Origin: an uncultured Planctomycetales bacterium
GTDB lineage: Bacteria; Omnitrophota; Gorgyraeia; Zapsychrales; CAYRXT01
Length of the DNA stretch: 64,000 bases
Assembly (NCBI GenBank): GCA_964428315.1
Contig: CAYRXT010000010.1
Span: forward strand, 3,523 to 67,522
Reading direction: 5' to 3'
The notes beneath the pieces were generated by a model. The model was not told the DNA's origin. It made no database searches and saw only the letters and a list, made by a program, of their open reading frames with translations. Below are positions 10,337-19,885 of the stretch, piece after piece (the stretch's first letter is position 1; the number at the start of each line of letters is the position of its first letter). A program made the position numbers and the translations under genes.

Positions 10337-11749
10337 TTAAAAATAACACATGTTGTTGGGATAGCTGACGGTGATGTTGACAAAGATCACCTTGGCGAGG
10401 GCGTAGAAGAACAGGAGGAGGACGGCGGCCTTGCCGGAAAGACGCATCAGCATGTCATCGCCGGCGTCGGCCCTGCGGAAGGCCCAGACCATCATCTCGG
10501 CGGCCTGGATCATCAGGAAAGGCACGGCGGCCAGGACATACCTCAGCTGGTAGTTGCCCCAGGCTGTGTAAAACCCCAGGATGACCAGCGAGCAGAGAAA
10601 GACAAACACCCTCTCCCCGGACTTGTCCCTCCGCAGAATAAAATACGACGCAAACGCAAAGAGATAAAAGAGCGAAAATTCCGTCAGACGCCCCGGATAA
10701 AAGAGGAAGGTCTTAGGCATATCTTGCCAGACCGTGGCGGACCAGGTGGTCCCGGGGACGTGGTCGGCCCGCAAGCCCAGGGCGATCTCCCGGTGAAGGA
10801 ACACGACGAGGATCAGCCCCAGATAAGCCAGCAAGCCCCGGACAATCAGCGGCCACGTGCCCTCAAAACGTTTCCTTATTAACCTCATGAACCGGTGAAA
10901 GGCGACGGCCGCGACAACCAGGACCAGCGCGGCAAGGAGGGTCAGGGGGAGGTCCTTCAAAAAAAGCGAGTTGCTGTGCAGCCTCTTCTGCAGGGCCAGA
11001 AACTCCCACCCGTAGACCCGGTAGTTCCAGATGATCCACGGCAGGCTCACGATCAAGGGCATCGCCAGCCCCGCCAGAAATTTTCCCGAACGGAACAGTG
11101 CCCGGCGCAAGACAAGCGCGTAAAGCCCCATGATGACAGCCGCCAGGAATCCGGGGTACTTCACCATCGTGGCCAGTCCCGCCGCCAGGCCGCCCGCGAC
11201 ATAAAGCCACGGCCTGTTACGGCGTACCCCCAGGATGAACAGATAGGCGGCCAGAACCGTGAAAAAGGCCAGCGTCGTCTCCATCCAGATCTTCTGGGAG
11301 CAGAGGACCGCCACCGGGTCCAGGTAGACCAGGACCGCGGCCAGCAGTCCGACGTGTTCGTCGAAGAGTTCCCCGGCTAGGAGAAAGGCAAGGGGGATCA
11401 AGAGAAGCCCGAAGATCAAGGACGGGTAGAGGGCCCTTTCCAGGCGCATGTCCGACAGGCGGTAGGAAAGCGCGACGAACATGGAGAAAAGCGGGGGGTG
11501 TTTAAATAGCGGCTTGTGGAAATAATCCGGGACGTAGCGCCCTAGGTCCTCGAGATAAAGACCGAACTCGTGACTCTGATAATTGGTGACGTCCCTGGAA
11601 AGCTTCGCGCCCAGGTGGGCATAGGCGATCTCGTCGGTGGTCTTATAATCCAGCCGGTGGAAATTACGGAGCCGGTGGACATATCCCGCGCAGACCATGC
11701 CCGCGAGGAGGGCGTAAATCACGATACTTTTGAACTGTTTGCTCTGCAT
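10337..11749 (-). CDS. GT-C glycosyltransferase family 39 (PMT/ArnT-like) undecaprenyl-phosphate-sugar-dependent transferase
   Basis: YKTTDEIAYAHLG DE motif in first loop, ~12 TM helices (FGLLLIPLAFLLAGELF, VAVLCSQKIWMET...). Confidence 0.65.
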   Translation of the reverse strand: MQSKQFKSIVIYALLAGMVCAGYVHRLRNFHRLDYKTTDEIAYAHLGAKLSRDVTNYQSHEFGLYLEDLGRYVPDYFHKPLFKHPPLFSMFVALSYRLSDMRLERALYPSLIFGLLLIPLAFLLAGELFDEHVGLLAAVLVYLDPVAVLCSQKIWMETTLAFFTVLAAYLFILGVRRNRPWLYVAGGLAAGLATMVKYPGFLAAVIMGLYALVLRRALFRSGKFLAGLAMPLIVSLPWIIWNYRVYGWEFLALQKRLHSNSLFLKDLPLTLLAALVLVVAAVAFHRFMRLIRKRFEGTWPLIVRGLLAYLGLILVVFLHREIALGLRADHVPGTTWSATVWQDMPKTFLFYPGRLTEFSLFYLFAFASYFILRRDKSGERVFVFLCSLVILGFYTAWGNYQLRYVLAAVPFLMIQAAEMMVWAFRRADAGDDMLMRLSGKAAVLLLFFYALAKVIFVNITVSYPNNMCYF

Positions 11750-11771
11750 AAGGGCGCGGCGAATCAGCGGA

Positions 11772-12977
11772 TTATAGATGCCTTTCGATGGAGCCTGTCA
11801 CCTCTTCAAATGCGGGCTGAAGCTCTTCGGCCCTGCGGGCGAAACACACGCCCATCTTCTCGTGAAAGGTGATCTGGTCAAGGCTCACGTGGCGCTGTTT
11901 GATGGCCTCGGCGGTCTTGAGGTACCGGATCTTTTTCCCCGCCACGTTAACGACTGTGACCCCGGTGATCCCTTTCTTAAGCAGTAAGACGGCCGCCCCG
12001 CCGGCCTCCTTGCCGAAATTGACGTCAAACGCCGACGAGTGGCCGCAGCGCACCAGGTGGCCGGGACGGATCTCGCGCACCTCCGGGATCTCGTAGAGGC
12101 CCTCGACGAACATCTTTTCTTTCTTCATTAGCTCCTTGACCTCGGGATCGGCCTTGAGGCGCCTGGTCAGCTCCTGGCAGACGTAACGGCCCGCGCCGGC
12201 CAGCTTCTTGTGCCCGAAGGCGTCCACCGGCGAGGACTCGTCAACGAGCTCCTTCCCGCTGGCGTCCTTCAGCCCTTCGGCGACAATGATAAGATAGGTG
12301 CCCGCCTTGACGTCGCTCTGCGCGATCCGGCGGAAATAGCGGCTCTTCATGTGGCGGTAAAGGATATCCAGGTCCGCGGGGACCTCGGGGATGATGACCG
12401 CGTCCGCCTCGGCCGCGACACCCCCGCGGAAGGCCGTGTGTCCGGCGTAACGGCCGAAGACCTCCATGACGATGACCCGGTTGTGGGTCCTGCCGGTCGT
12501 CTTGAGCTCCTCGGCGAAGGCGGCGATGCGGCTGATCGTGGAATCCGCCCCGACGGAATAGGTCTGCAGGTCCAGGTCCATCGTCTTGGGGGCGTGGACG
12601 CAGGCGATCCCGTTCTCGCTCAGATCCACCATGACGCTTCCGGTGTCGTCGCCGCCGCTGATGACCAGCCCGTCGATCCCGAATTTCTGCAGGCCCTTCT
12701 TGATCCTTTCGTATTTCTTGCCGTCGTCGATCTTTTTGATCTTGACGCGGGAGTGCCCCGCCTCGGAGCCGGCCAGGTTGGCGTCGACGAAATCCACGCG
12801 CTCGGGCTTCAGCTCGACCAGGGCCTCGAAATCCTGGAGGTTGTAAAGGCCCGCGTACCCGTTGGGGATGATGAAACACTGCATCCCCTGCTTGTGCGCC
12901 ATCTGCGCGGCGCCCTTCACGACGGCGTTCAGCCCGCCGCAGTCCCCGCCGCTTGTAATCACGCCGATCTTCTTCAT
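11772..12977 (-). CDS. pfk: 6-phosphofructokinase, probably pyrophosphate-dependent type
   Basis: GVITSGGDCGGLNAV, ISGGDDTGS (Asp in place of Gly of GGDGS), PKTMDLD (Lys as in PPi-PFK); start taken at MKKIG, track ORF extends to 13025. Confidence 0.75.
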   Translation of the reverse strand: MKKIGVITSGGDCGGLNAVVKGAAQMAHKQGMQCFIIPNGYAGLYNLQDFEALVELKPERVDFVDANLAGSEAGHSRVKIKKIDDGKKYERIKKGLQKFGIDGLVISGGDDTGSVMVDLSENGIACVHAPKTMDLDLQTYSVGADSTISRIAAFAEELKTTGRTHNRVIVMEVFGRYAGHTAFRGGVAAEADAVIIPEVPADLDILYRHMKSRYFRRIAQSDVKAGTYLIIVAEGLKDASGKELVDESSPVDAFGHKKLAGAGRYVCQELTRRLKADPEVKELMKKEKMFVEGLYEIPEVREIRPGHLVRCGHSSAFDVNFGKEAGGAAVLLLKKGITGVTVVNVAGKKIRYLKTAEAIKQRHVSLDQITFHEKMGVCFARRAEELQPAFEEVTGSIERHL

Positions 12978-13131
12978 CCGAAGCTCCTTTTGATTGAAGG
13001 TGTTGAACAAAGGGTTAATTTCCATTTTATGTCAAGGAAATTGCCGCTATTCTACCAGATAAAAACGTCTTTGTGAAGAAGGATTGCCGCGGAGTGCCGC
13101 GGAGTTTACCCCCTTTTGTGCATTAGCCCAC

Positions 13132-13243
13132 GCGGACGGGAAACCCCGCCTGGCGAGTTCCGCAGCCGCCCGTCGACATCCCGGGAATAAATAACAGACG
13201 GGCGCGCGAGGACTGTCCGAGCCGGGCGGGGGTTCCCGTCCGC
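13132..13243 (+). promoter_or_regulatory. long-range inverted repeat (19 bp arms, 1 mismatch) with internal 8-bp hairpin, followed by T-rich run; candidate structured leader/attenuator upstream of ABC operon
   Basis: gcggacgggaaaccccgcc (13132-13150) vs ggcgggggttcccgtccgc (13225-13243). Inner cgcccgtc...gacgggcg. Downstream ttctttgatttct. Confidence 0.3.
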
Positions 13244-13454
13244 CTCCGCCTTCTTTGATTTCTCCATATTATTTCGGCCTCTTACGGCTTATTACTTTTA
13301 AAGCCTAAAAATCGGGTAAACTCCTGATTGCTTCGTTAGCCCGCGCTGACAGGATTTCTAAAGCGGCCGCCGTTTCTTCCGGCGGCTATGGACATTTCTC
13401 AAAGGAATGATAAAATAACACAACGAGTTTTAATACAACCGAATTCCACGTTCC

Positions 13455-14198
13455 ATGATCAGCCTGCACAACGTCTGCAAATCCTTCGGCCGGAAAACCG
13501 TCCTGGATCACGTCTCCCTGACGATACAAAAAGGGGAGATCGCGGGATTCCTTGGGCCCAACGGAGCCGGGAAGACCACCCTCATGCGGATCCTGACCGG
13601 CTACTGGCCGTCCGACTCGGGCCGGGTCATGATCGACGGCGTGGATGTCCGGGACCGTCCCCTTGAGGCCAAACAGCGCATCGGCTATCTTCCGGAAACC
13701 CCGCCCCTGTATCCGGACATGACCGTCCGGGGCTATCTCTCCTTTTGCGCCGGATTAAAGGGGCTGGCGAAACGCCAGGCCGCCGGACGCATAGACACGG
13801 TCATCCGTCAGTGTCATCTGAACGATGTCCTTGACGCCCCGATCGGGACCCTGTCCAAGGGATTCAAACAGAGGGCGGGCATCGCCCAGGCCATCCTCCA
13901 CGAACCGCGCGTCCTCATCCTCGACGAACCGACCACCGGACTGGACCCGCGCCAGATCCGGCAGGTGCGCGGCCTCATCCGGGAACTGAGCGGACAAACG
14001 ACGGTCGTCCTGTGCACCCATATCCTCCAGGAGATCGAACAGCTGGCCCAAAGGATCATCATCATCCATCAGGGACGTATCGCGGCGGACGGGACCTCCG
14101 ACACCCTAAAACCGGACGAAGGAGAGGCCGCCCGTTCACTCGAGGACGTTTTTCTTGCATTGACGGCCACTCCCCGAACGGAGACGCTTGAGCCATGA
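13455..14198 (+). CDS. ABC transporter ATP-binding protein (GldA-like, ABC-2 type)
   Basis: Walker A GPNGAGKTT, signature LSKGFKQRAGIAQA, Walker B ILILDEPTTGLD. Confidence 0.85.
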   Translation: MISLHNVCKSFGRKTVLDHVSLTIQKGEIAGFLGPNGAGKTTLMRILTGYWPSDSGRVMIDGVDVRDRPLEAKQRIGYLPETPPLYPDMTVRGYLSFCAGLKGLAKRQAAGRIDTVIRQCHLNDVLDAPIGTLSKGFKQRAGIAQAILHEPRVLILDEPTTGLDPRQIRQVRGLIRELSGQTTVVLCTHILQEIEQLAQRIIIIHQGRIAADGTSDTLKPDEGEAARSLEDVFLALTATPRTETLEP

Positions 14199-14899
14199 GA
14201 AAATGCACCGTGATCGCCCGCAAGGAATGTTCCTCTTTTTTCCGATCGCCGGCCGCCTATATCGTCCTCATCCTCACCTTCTGCGTGTTCAACATCTTTT
14301 TCTACCTCATCATCGAACAGGGGAGGGAGGCCAGCCTCCGGGACATGTTCAAGGTCATGGAATTCATGTTTCTTTTCGTTGTGCCGCTTCTGACCATGCG
14401 GCTGATCGCCGAGGAAAGGCGCAGCGGCACCCTGGAACTCTTGAAATGCTCGCCCGTGACAACCGGGGATATCGTGTTAGGCAAATTCACCGGGGCATTG
14501 CTCTTCTTTTTGTGCATCGTCTTATTCACCCTGTCCTATTACGGGATCATCGAATATTTCGCCCGGCCGGACAGGGCCGCCATACTCAGCGGATACGCGG
14601 GGATCGTCCTCGAGGGCGCGCTGTTCCTCGCCATCGGTCTTTATATGTCATCCCTGACGCGCAACCAGCTCGTCGCCGCCATCACCACGTATGTGCTGTT
14701 GTTCCTTGTGTATTTTTCAATCAGTTACGCACCATATATTCCCGCCCCGGCGGAAGGTTTGATCCGTCATATAGCGTTTTGGGGCCACACCGAACATTTC
14801 GCCTCGGGATTTATCGCTTTGTCCGACATTGTGTATTTCTTAAGCGGAATACTTTTCTTCCTCGTTTTAACCTATGACAGGCTGCGGCATGAATCATGA
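14195..14899 (+). CDS. ABC-2 family permease (GldF-like)
   Basis: 6 TM helices, ABC-2 pattern, translationally coupled to ATPase (ATGA overlap). Confidence 0.7.
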   Translation: MRKCTVIARKECSSFFRSPAAYIVLILTFCVFNIFFYLIIEQGREASLRDMFKVMEFMFLFVVPLLTMRLIAEERRSGTLELLKCSPVTTGDIVLGKFTGALLFFLCIVLFTLSYYGIIEYFARPDRAAILSGYAGIVLEGALFLAIGLYMSSLTRNQLVAAITTYVLLFLVYFSISYAPYIPAPAEGLIRHIAFWGHTEHFASGFIALSDIVYFLSGILFFLVLTYDRLRHES

Positions 14900-16482
14900 C
14901 TATGTCTACTGACAAACGGCAGCCGGCCCTGGCGGTCGTCATCGCGGGATTGGTCCTCGGCTGGACGGGCCTGGCCTGGGGCTACATCCAAAACCGCCTT
15001 GCCGGCGCGCCCGTTGTCCTTATCGCCGCCGGGGGTGTCCTGGTCCTGACGGCGGGCGCCGTCTTCCTGCGCGGAGGAAAGGCCTTGGTTTTTCGCGGCC
15101 TTTCCAACGTCCTCCGGCGGGCCGTTCTGCTCGCGGGGCTCGCCCTGGCTCTGGTTTTGGGGAATGTCTGGGCCGTGAAGAACGATCTCCGTTGGGATCT
15201 GACCCTGTCGAAACAGCATACCTTAACGGAAAGAACGCGTTCGGTCCTTCGGGCCCTGACCGAAAAGATCACCATCACGGTGTTTTATGTCGGTCACCCC
15301 CCGAACTACCTTGCCGACCGTCTCAGAGAATTCGAACGCCATTCCGGCGGAACGGTCGAAACGGAGATCGTCGATCCCCTGGTGAGGATCGGGTACGCGG
15401 CGCAATTCGGCCGGACGATCACGGCCGACGAAAAAAAGGCGGTCGTCCGGACGAAAGACGACCGGCGCGACATCGGGTTCAAGGACGGCCCGCTCACCGA
15501 GGAGGCCCTGCTGAACGCCCTCGTCCAGGTCGTCCAGGAGCCGAGGGACATCTGTTTTCTGGGCGGCCACGGCGAATATCCGCCGGAGGACGAATCCCCG
15601 GCGGGATTGAGCCGGTTCGCCGCCTACCTCGCGACCAACCGCTTCCAGACGCGCGAGGTACTGCTGGGGCAAACCGGAAAGGTGCCCGATGACTGCCAAC
15701 TCTTAATCGTCGCGGGACCGGCCAATCCCGTGCCCGATAAGGAACAGGACCTCCTCCGGGGATTTCTTAAAAAAGGCGGCGACGCCCTCTTTCTTATCGA
15801 GGCCGCGCCGGTCGGCACCGAAGAGCATCCGCTGGCCGAAGAGGATAAAATGAAGAACCCCGCTCTGAACGGTATCCTCGGGGAGTGGGGTATAATGGTA
15901 GGCGACGACCTGGTTATCGACCGGCAGAACTACGTGGGGCAGGACATCGGATGTCCCGCGACCAATCGTTACCCCGAACATGAGGCCATCACCGAAGGGC
16001 TGGATTACACGTTTTTTATACGGCCGCGCTCGGTGACGATAGACCCCTACGCCTCTTCCACGGCCTTTATCGCCCCGCTGGTACTGACTTCTTCGGAAGA
16101 ACAGAGCTGGGCGGAAACTAACAAGAATCTCAACATCAAATTCGACAAGGGAGAAGACCTGCCCGGACCTGTCCCCGTGGGGGCGGTCGTCTGGGAACCC
16201 AAAAGGGGAGAGAAGATATCGGAAACGCGTCTTATCGTCATCACGGACGCCGACTTCATCAGCAACCGTTTTATCGACCAGTACAGTAACGCCGAGCTCA
16301 TCCTCAATTCTGTCCAGTGGCTGACAAACGCCGCCTTTGTTTCATTGGGAAAGGATGACGATATCCGGGTCGAACGTCTGGATTTGACCAGCCGCCAGTT
16401 GAGGGTTGTCTCGGTACTGATCTGGAGCCTGCCGGCCGCGTTTCTCTTTACCGGGCTCTGGGTGTTAAGAGAAAGAATTTAG
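14896..16482 (+). CDS. GldG-like auxiliary component of ABC transporter (ABC_transp_aux family)
   Basis: N- and C-terminal TM anchors with large periplasmic domain; gldA-gldF-gldG order; 4-nt overlaps. Confidence 0.6.
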   Translation: MTMSTDKRQPALAVVIAGLVLGWTGLAWGYIQNRLAGAPVVLIAAGGVLVLTAGAVFLRGGKALVFRGLSNVLRRAVLLAGLALALVLGNVWAVKNDLRWDLTLSKQHTLTERTRSVLRALTEKITITVFYVGHPPNYLADRLREFERHSGGTVETEIVDPLVRIGYAAQFGRTITADEKKAVVRTKDDRRDIGFKDGPLTEEALLNALVQVVQEPRDICFLGGHGEYPPEDESPAGLSRFAAYLATNRFQTREVLLGQTGKVPDDCQLLIVAGPANPVPDKEQDLLRGFLKKGGDALFLIEAAPVGTEEHPLAEEDKMKNPALNGILGEWGIMVGDDLVIDRQNYVGQDIGCPATNRYPEHEAITEGLDYTFFIRPRSVTIDPYASSTAFIAPLVLTSSEEQSWAETNKNLNIKFDKGEDLPGPVPVGAVVWEPKRGEKISETRLIVITDADFISNRFIDQYSNAELILNSVQWLTNAAFVSLGKDDDIRVERLDLTSRQLRVVSVLIWSLPAAFLFTGLWVLRERI

Positions 16483-16676
16483 AGCCATCGGGGCCTTGAG
16501 AGGGCAATTTCACGCTTTACACGGAGAATTTCTTCTGATATATTAAATTCTCTTTTAAAAATAAGAACGGCTTCTTCACTGCATCCACAGGTTTTGGGAG
16601 ACAGCAAAAAGCCTATCATGAATGCCCGCTAACAGCGTGCCCAGAAGAGGGACTACTCGGCGGGACGACATCTTTT

Positions 16677-16749
16677 GCCGATGTAGCTCAGATGGTAGAG
16701 CAGCTGATTTGTAATCAGCGGGTCGGAGGTTCGATCCCTCTCATCGGCT
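16677..16749 (+). tRNA. tRNA-Thr (anticodon TGT)
   Basis: GCCGATG...CATCGGC acceptor stem, anticodon loop TTTGTAA, TPsiC GGTTCGATCC. Confidence 0.9.
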
Positions 16750-16850
16750 TGTCTTTATAACCATTTGATCTTTTACGTATTAAGTGAGAAGTGTCACGGG
16801 TCAAAAGACCTGTCATCATAACTCGTTTCCTTAACACTTAACACTAATTT

Positions 16851-16934
16851 GGGCAGATACCCAAGCGGTCAACGGGGACAGACTGTAAATCTGTTGCGCT
16901 TGCGCTTCGGAGGTTCGAATCCTCCTCTGCCCAT
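16851..16934 (+). tRNA. tRNA-Tyr (anticodon GTA), long variable arm
   Basis: GGGCAGA...TCTGCCC acceptor, loop CTGTAAA, GGTTCGAATCC. Confidence 0.9.
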
Positions 16935-17144
16935 TTCCAGGGGTAAGTGGTAAGGGATAGAAAAATAGCGGGCATAGGGTGGGCCTCATCCAATGAATAC
17001 ATCAAATATTCAACGGAGGGGCCGGGAAAACGCTCAACACCTTCTGGTTCTTTCTTGTGCTCACGGGATTAAATTCGGCCAAGCAACTTGCGTCTCTGCG
17101 TTCCGCAAATTGCGGCCTCATTTAACAAGCTCTTGTGCATGCAA

Positions 17145-17218
17145 GCGGGCGTAGTTCAGTGGTAGAACTCCAGCCTTCCAAGCTGGTAGCGTGAGTTCGA
17201 TTCTCATCGCCCGCTCCA
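17145..17218 (+). tRNA. tRNA-Gly (anticodon TCC), CCA encoded
   Basis: GCGGGCG...CGCCCGC acceptor, loop CTTCCAA, GAGTTCGATTCTC; near-identical to E. coli glyT. Confidence 0.9.
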
Positions 17219-17223
17219 TATTT

Positions 17224-17928
17224 ATGAAAGTCACGCTCCTGATACCCACGCTTAACGAGATCGACGGCATGAAGGCCATCATGCCCAAGGTCAAACCCGA
17301 ATGGTACGACCAGCTTTTTATCGTGGACGGCCAGTCCACGGACGGGACCATCGAGTACTGCCGGGAAAAAGGGTACCCTTTGATCATCCAGAAGAAGAAG
17401 GGCATGCGCCACGCCTACATGGAATCCCTGCCCCACATCCAGGGCGATGTCATCCTCACCTTCAGCCCGGACGGCAATTCCCTGCCCGAACTGATCCCCG
17501 CGTGTCTCGACAAGATGCGCGAAGGCTACGACATGGTGATCGTCTCGCGCTATGCCCCGGGGGCCAAAAGCGAGGACGACGATCGCGTCACATCCTTCGG
17601 GAACTGGCTCTTCACGACCTCCATCAATCTTCTGCACCACGGACATTACACGGATGCCATGGTAATTTACCGGGCCTACCGGAAAGACCTGATCCATGAG
17701 CTGGACCTGGACAAGGACAGCAGTTATGAGAAGGAAGAGCGCCTCTTCAAGACGAACATCAGCTGGGAGCCGCTGTTGTCCGTCCGCGCGGCAAAGCGGA
17801 GATTAAAGGTCGCTGACATCCCCGGCGACGAGCCCGCCCGCGTCGGAGGAGAAAGGAAACTGCAAGTCTGGCGCTGGGGCGCGGCCTACATGTTCCAGGT
17901 CCTGCGGGAAGTTTTCCTCTGGAAATAG
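17224..17928 (+). CDS. GT2 family glycosyltransferase (Dpm1-like, soluble)
   Basis: LLIPTLNE, IVDGQSTDGT; start MKVTLL 6 nt after tRNA-Gly CCA (track ORF 17191 overlaps the tRNA). Confidence 0.7.
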   Translation: MKVTLLIPTLNEIDGMKAIMPKVKPEWYDQLFIVDGQSTDGTIEYCREKGYPLIIQKKKGMRHAYMESLPHIQGDVILTFSPDGNSLPELIPACLDKMREGYDMVIVSRYAPGAKSEDDDRVTSFGNWLFTTSINLLHHGHYTDAMVIYRAYRKDLIHELDLDKDSSYEKEERLFKTNISWEPLLSVRAAKRRLKVADIPGDEPARVGGERKLQVWRWGAAYMFQVLREVFLWK

Positions 17929-17974
17929 CCGCCGTGCCCGCGTCCCGCCGGAGGCGGCCGGACATACGTTTCTT

Positions 17975-19885
17975 ATGAGCTTCCGTCAAACCATCCAGCG
18001 CGTCCTCCATCAAGACTGGTTTTACGCCGTCATCCTGTCCGTCGTTTCGCTGCTTTTGCGCGGCTATAAATACGGCTGGTATGACCAGCACCTGGAAATC
18101 CCTCTCCTGAAGAGCCTGATCGATCCCTCTCTCTACGCCGGCGATTATTATATCGAAAGCCTCAAGGTCAATTTCACCTCGTTTTTCTATCCGATCCTCG
18201 CGCGGCTGATCCGGGTGGAGGACATCCCCGGCGTCTTTCTGACGCTGTTCATCGCCTGCCGTTATGTCCAGTTTTTCTTTATGTATAAGATCTGGCGGCA
18301 CCTCACCGGCGACAGGCTGGTCGCCTGGCTGGCGGTCTTTATCCCGACGATGTTCGGTTTCGTCCCCGAATTCATGTACAGCGTCTTTTCGCACCAGGAA
18401 TTCACCATGCCTTTTGTGTTCGGCGGGCTTTATCTTTTTTACCGGCGCAGGCATCTTTGGGCCGCCGCCGTCCTGGGGCTGGGGAGCAACTTCCACGCCC
18501 TTTACTGCCTCTTTCCGCTAATCTACATGCTGACGTATCTGCTCGCGACCTTCCGCGGGAACGGCTGGAAAAAATTGCTCGGGAGCGCCGGGGTCTACGG
18601 CCTGTGCGCCCTGCCCTTTATCCTGTGGAGCTTCAGCCGGCGGCTCCTCCCGGCGGCCGACATACCACCCGCCCTCCAGGAACAATGGCAGACGATCTAT
18701 CAGCTGACGGCGCCCCAGAACTACATCTTTGAAGGCTATCCCGTCAGCCACCTGTTTTCCCATTTCCTCGGCTGGGTGTTCATGGCCCGGAAGTATCTTC
18801 TGGCCATCGTCCTGTTCACCTTCAATATCTGGCATAATCCGCCCTTCCGCAAGGACCGCCAGACGCAGGCGGCATGCGCGGCGGCCTTCGGGCTGTTGTT
18901 TATCAGCTACGCCTTCACCTACTGGTGGCCCTCGCGTCTTGTTCTCGACCTGAATCTTATCCGCAACGTCCAGTTCCTGCTCTTTTTTCTCATGGGATAC
19001 ACCATCTGGGCGATTGTGCGCCTCATGGACGAACAGCCCGTCTCCCGGGCCGCCCTGACCGGCATGGTATTCAGCTTCATCGCTTTTGATGAAATCATCG
19101 TTGCGCTCATGACATTCTTCTTTATGAGTTATTGTATTTTCCGGCGTGTGAACAGTGCCGGGTCTTCCGCTCCCCGCGCTGTCCGGTCCGGGACGCGTTT
19201 CTTAGTCTTTGGATCATTCATGCTTCTGGCCGTCGCGGTCTGGAACTTCCAGCAGCGGGGTTATCTTCTGCTCGCCATCTACGTCGTGGTCTTTTCGCTC
19301 CTGGCCGTCTGGATAAAGAAAAGGGGGGCGCCCATTCGGGGCGTGAATCCCAACCGGCTTTTCATCACCGCCTTCATCATTATCAGCAGCGGCTTTGCCG
19401 CTTACTACTACGCCCGGAACTTCCGGGAAGAGCGGCACGCCGAGGAGGGATTCTGGAAGATCCAGCGCGACTGGGTCGACATGCAAAAACACGTTAAAGC
19501 GAACACTCCCAAAGACGCGATATTGCTGGTGCCTTACGACATGGAGATGGGGGGGTTCCGCATCTTTTCCGAACGCAAGGTCGTTGTCTCCTACCGCGAC
19601 TGCGGTATAGTCGGTTTTGATTTTCCCCTGGTCCGGGAATGGCTGAGGCGGATCCAGGACATCGAGGCCTTCCGCGTCCGCCTGAGTCCGGGCGCCAACC
19701 TCAAGCAGGCCTTGTTCCGCGGTCTTTTTAAATACAACGCGGATTATATCGTTTTCATGAACTATTATAAACCGATTATCCGTTCCGAAGAGACCCTGGA
19801 AGAGACCTACGACAACGACAGTTTTTCGCTCTATAAGGTCAACCGCACGCGCCTGCCCGCCTTTGAGGAATACCGAAGGGAATAA
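17975..19885 (+). CDS. large polytopic membrane protein, putative GT-C-like glycosyltransferase partner of the upstream GT2
   Basis: >12 predicted TM helices plus ~130-aa C-terminal soluble domain; no recognisable catalytic motif read with certainty. Confidence 0.4.
   Translation: MSFRQTIQRVLHQDWFYAVILSVVSLLLRGYKYGWYDQHLEIPLLKSLIDPSLYAGDYYIESLKVNFTSFFYPILARLIRVEDIPGVFLTLFIACRYVQFFFMYKIWRHLTGDRLVAWLAVFIPTMFGFVPEFMYSVFSHQEFTMPFVFGGLYLFYRRRHLWAAAVLGLGSNFHALYCLFPLIYMLTYLLATFRGNGWKKLLGSAGVYGLCALPFILWSFSRRLLPAADIPPALQEQWQTIYQLTAPQNYIFEGYPVSHLFSHFLGWVFMARKYLLAIVLFTFNIWHNPPFRKDRQTQAACAAAFGLLFISYAFTYWWPSRLVLDLNLIRNVQFLLFFLMGYTIWAIVRLMDEQPVSRAALTGMVFSFIAFDEIIVALMTFFFMSYCIFRRVNSAGSSAPRAVRSGTRFLVFGSFMLLAVAVWNFQQRGYLLLAIYVVVFSLLAVWIKKRGAPIRGVNPNRLFITAFIIISSGFAAYYYARNFREERHAEEGFWKIQRDWVDMQKHVKANTPKDAILLVPYDMEMGGFRIFSERKVVVSYRDCGIVGFDFPLVREWLRRIQDIEAFRVRLSPGANLKQALFRGLFKYNADYIVFMNYYKPIIRSEETLEETYDNDSFSLYKVNRTRLPAFEEYRRE

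Noticed and set aside
17191-17223. N-terminal extension of GT2 ORF (MSSILIARSIF...) and of PilZ ORF at 23514-23597
   Set aside because: Both extensions overlap tRNA genes (tRNA-Gly, tRNA-Pro). Internal Met starts 17224 and 23598 give complete domains.
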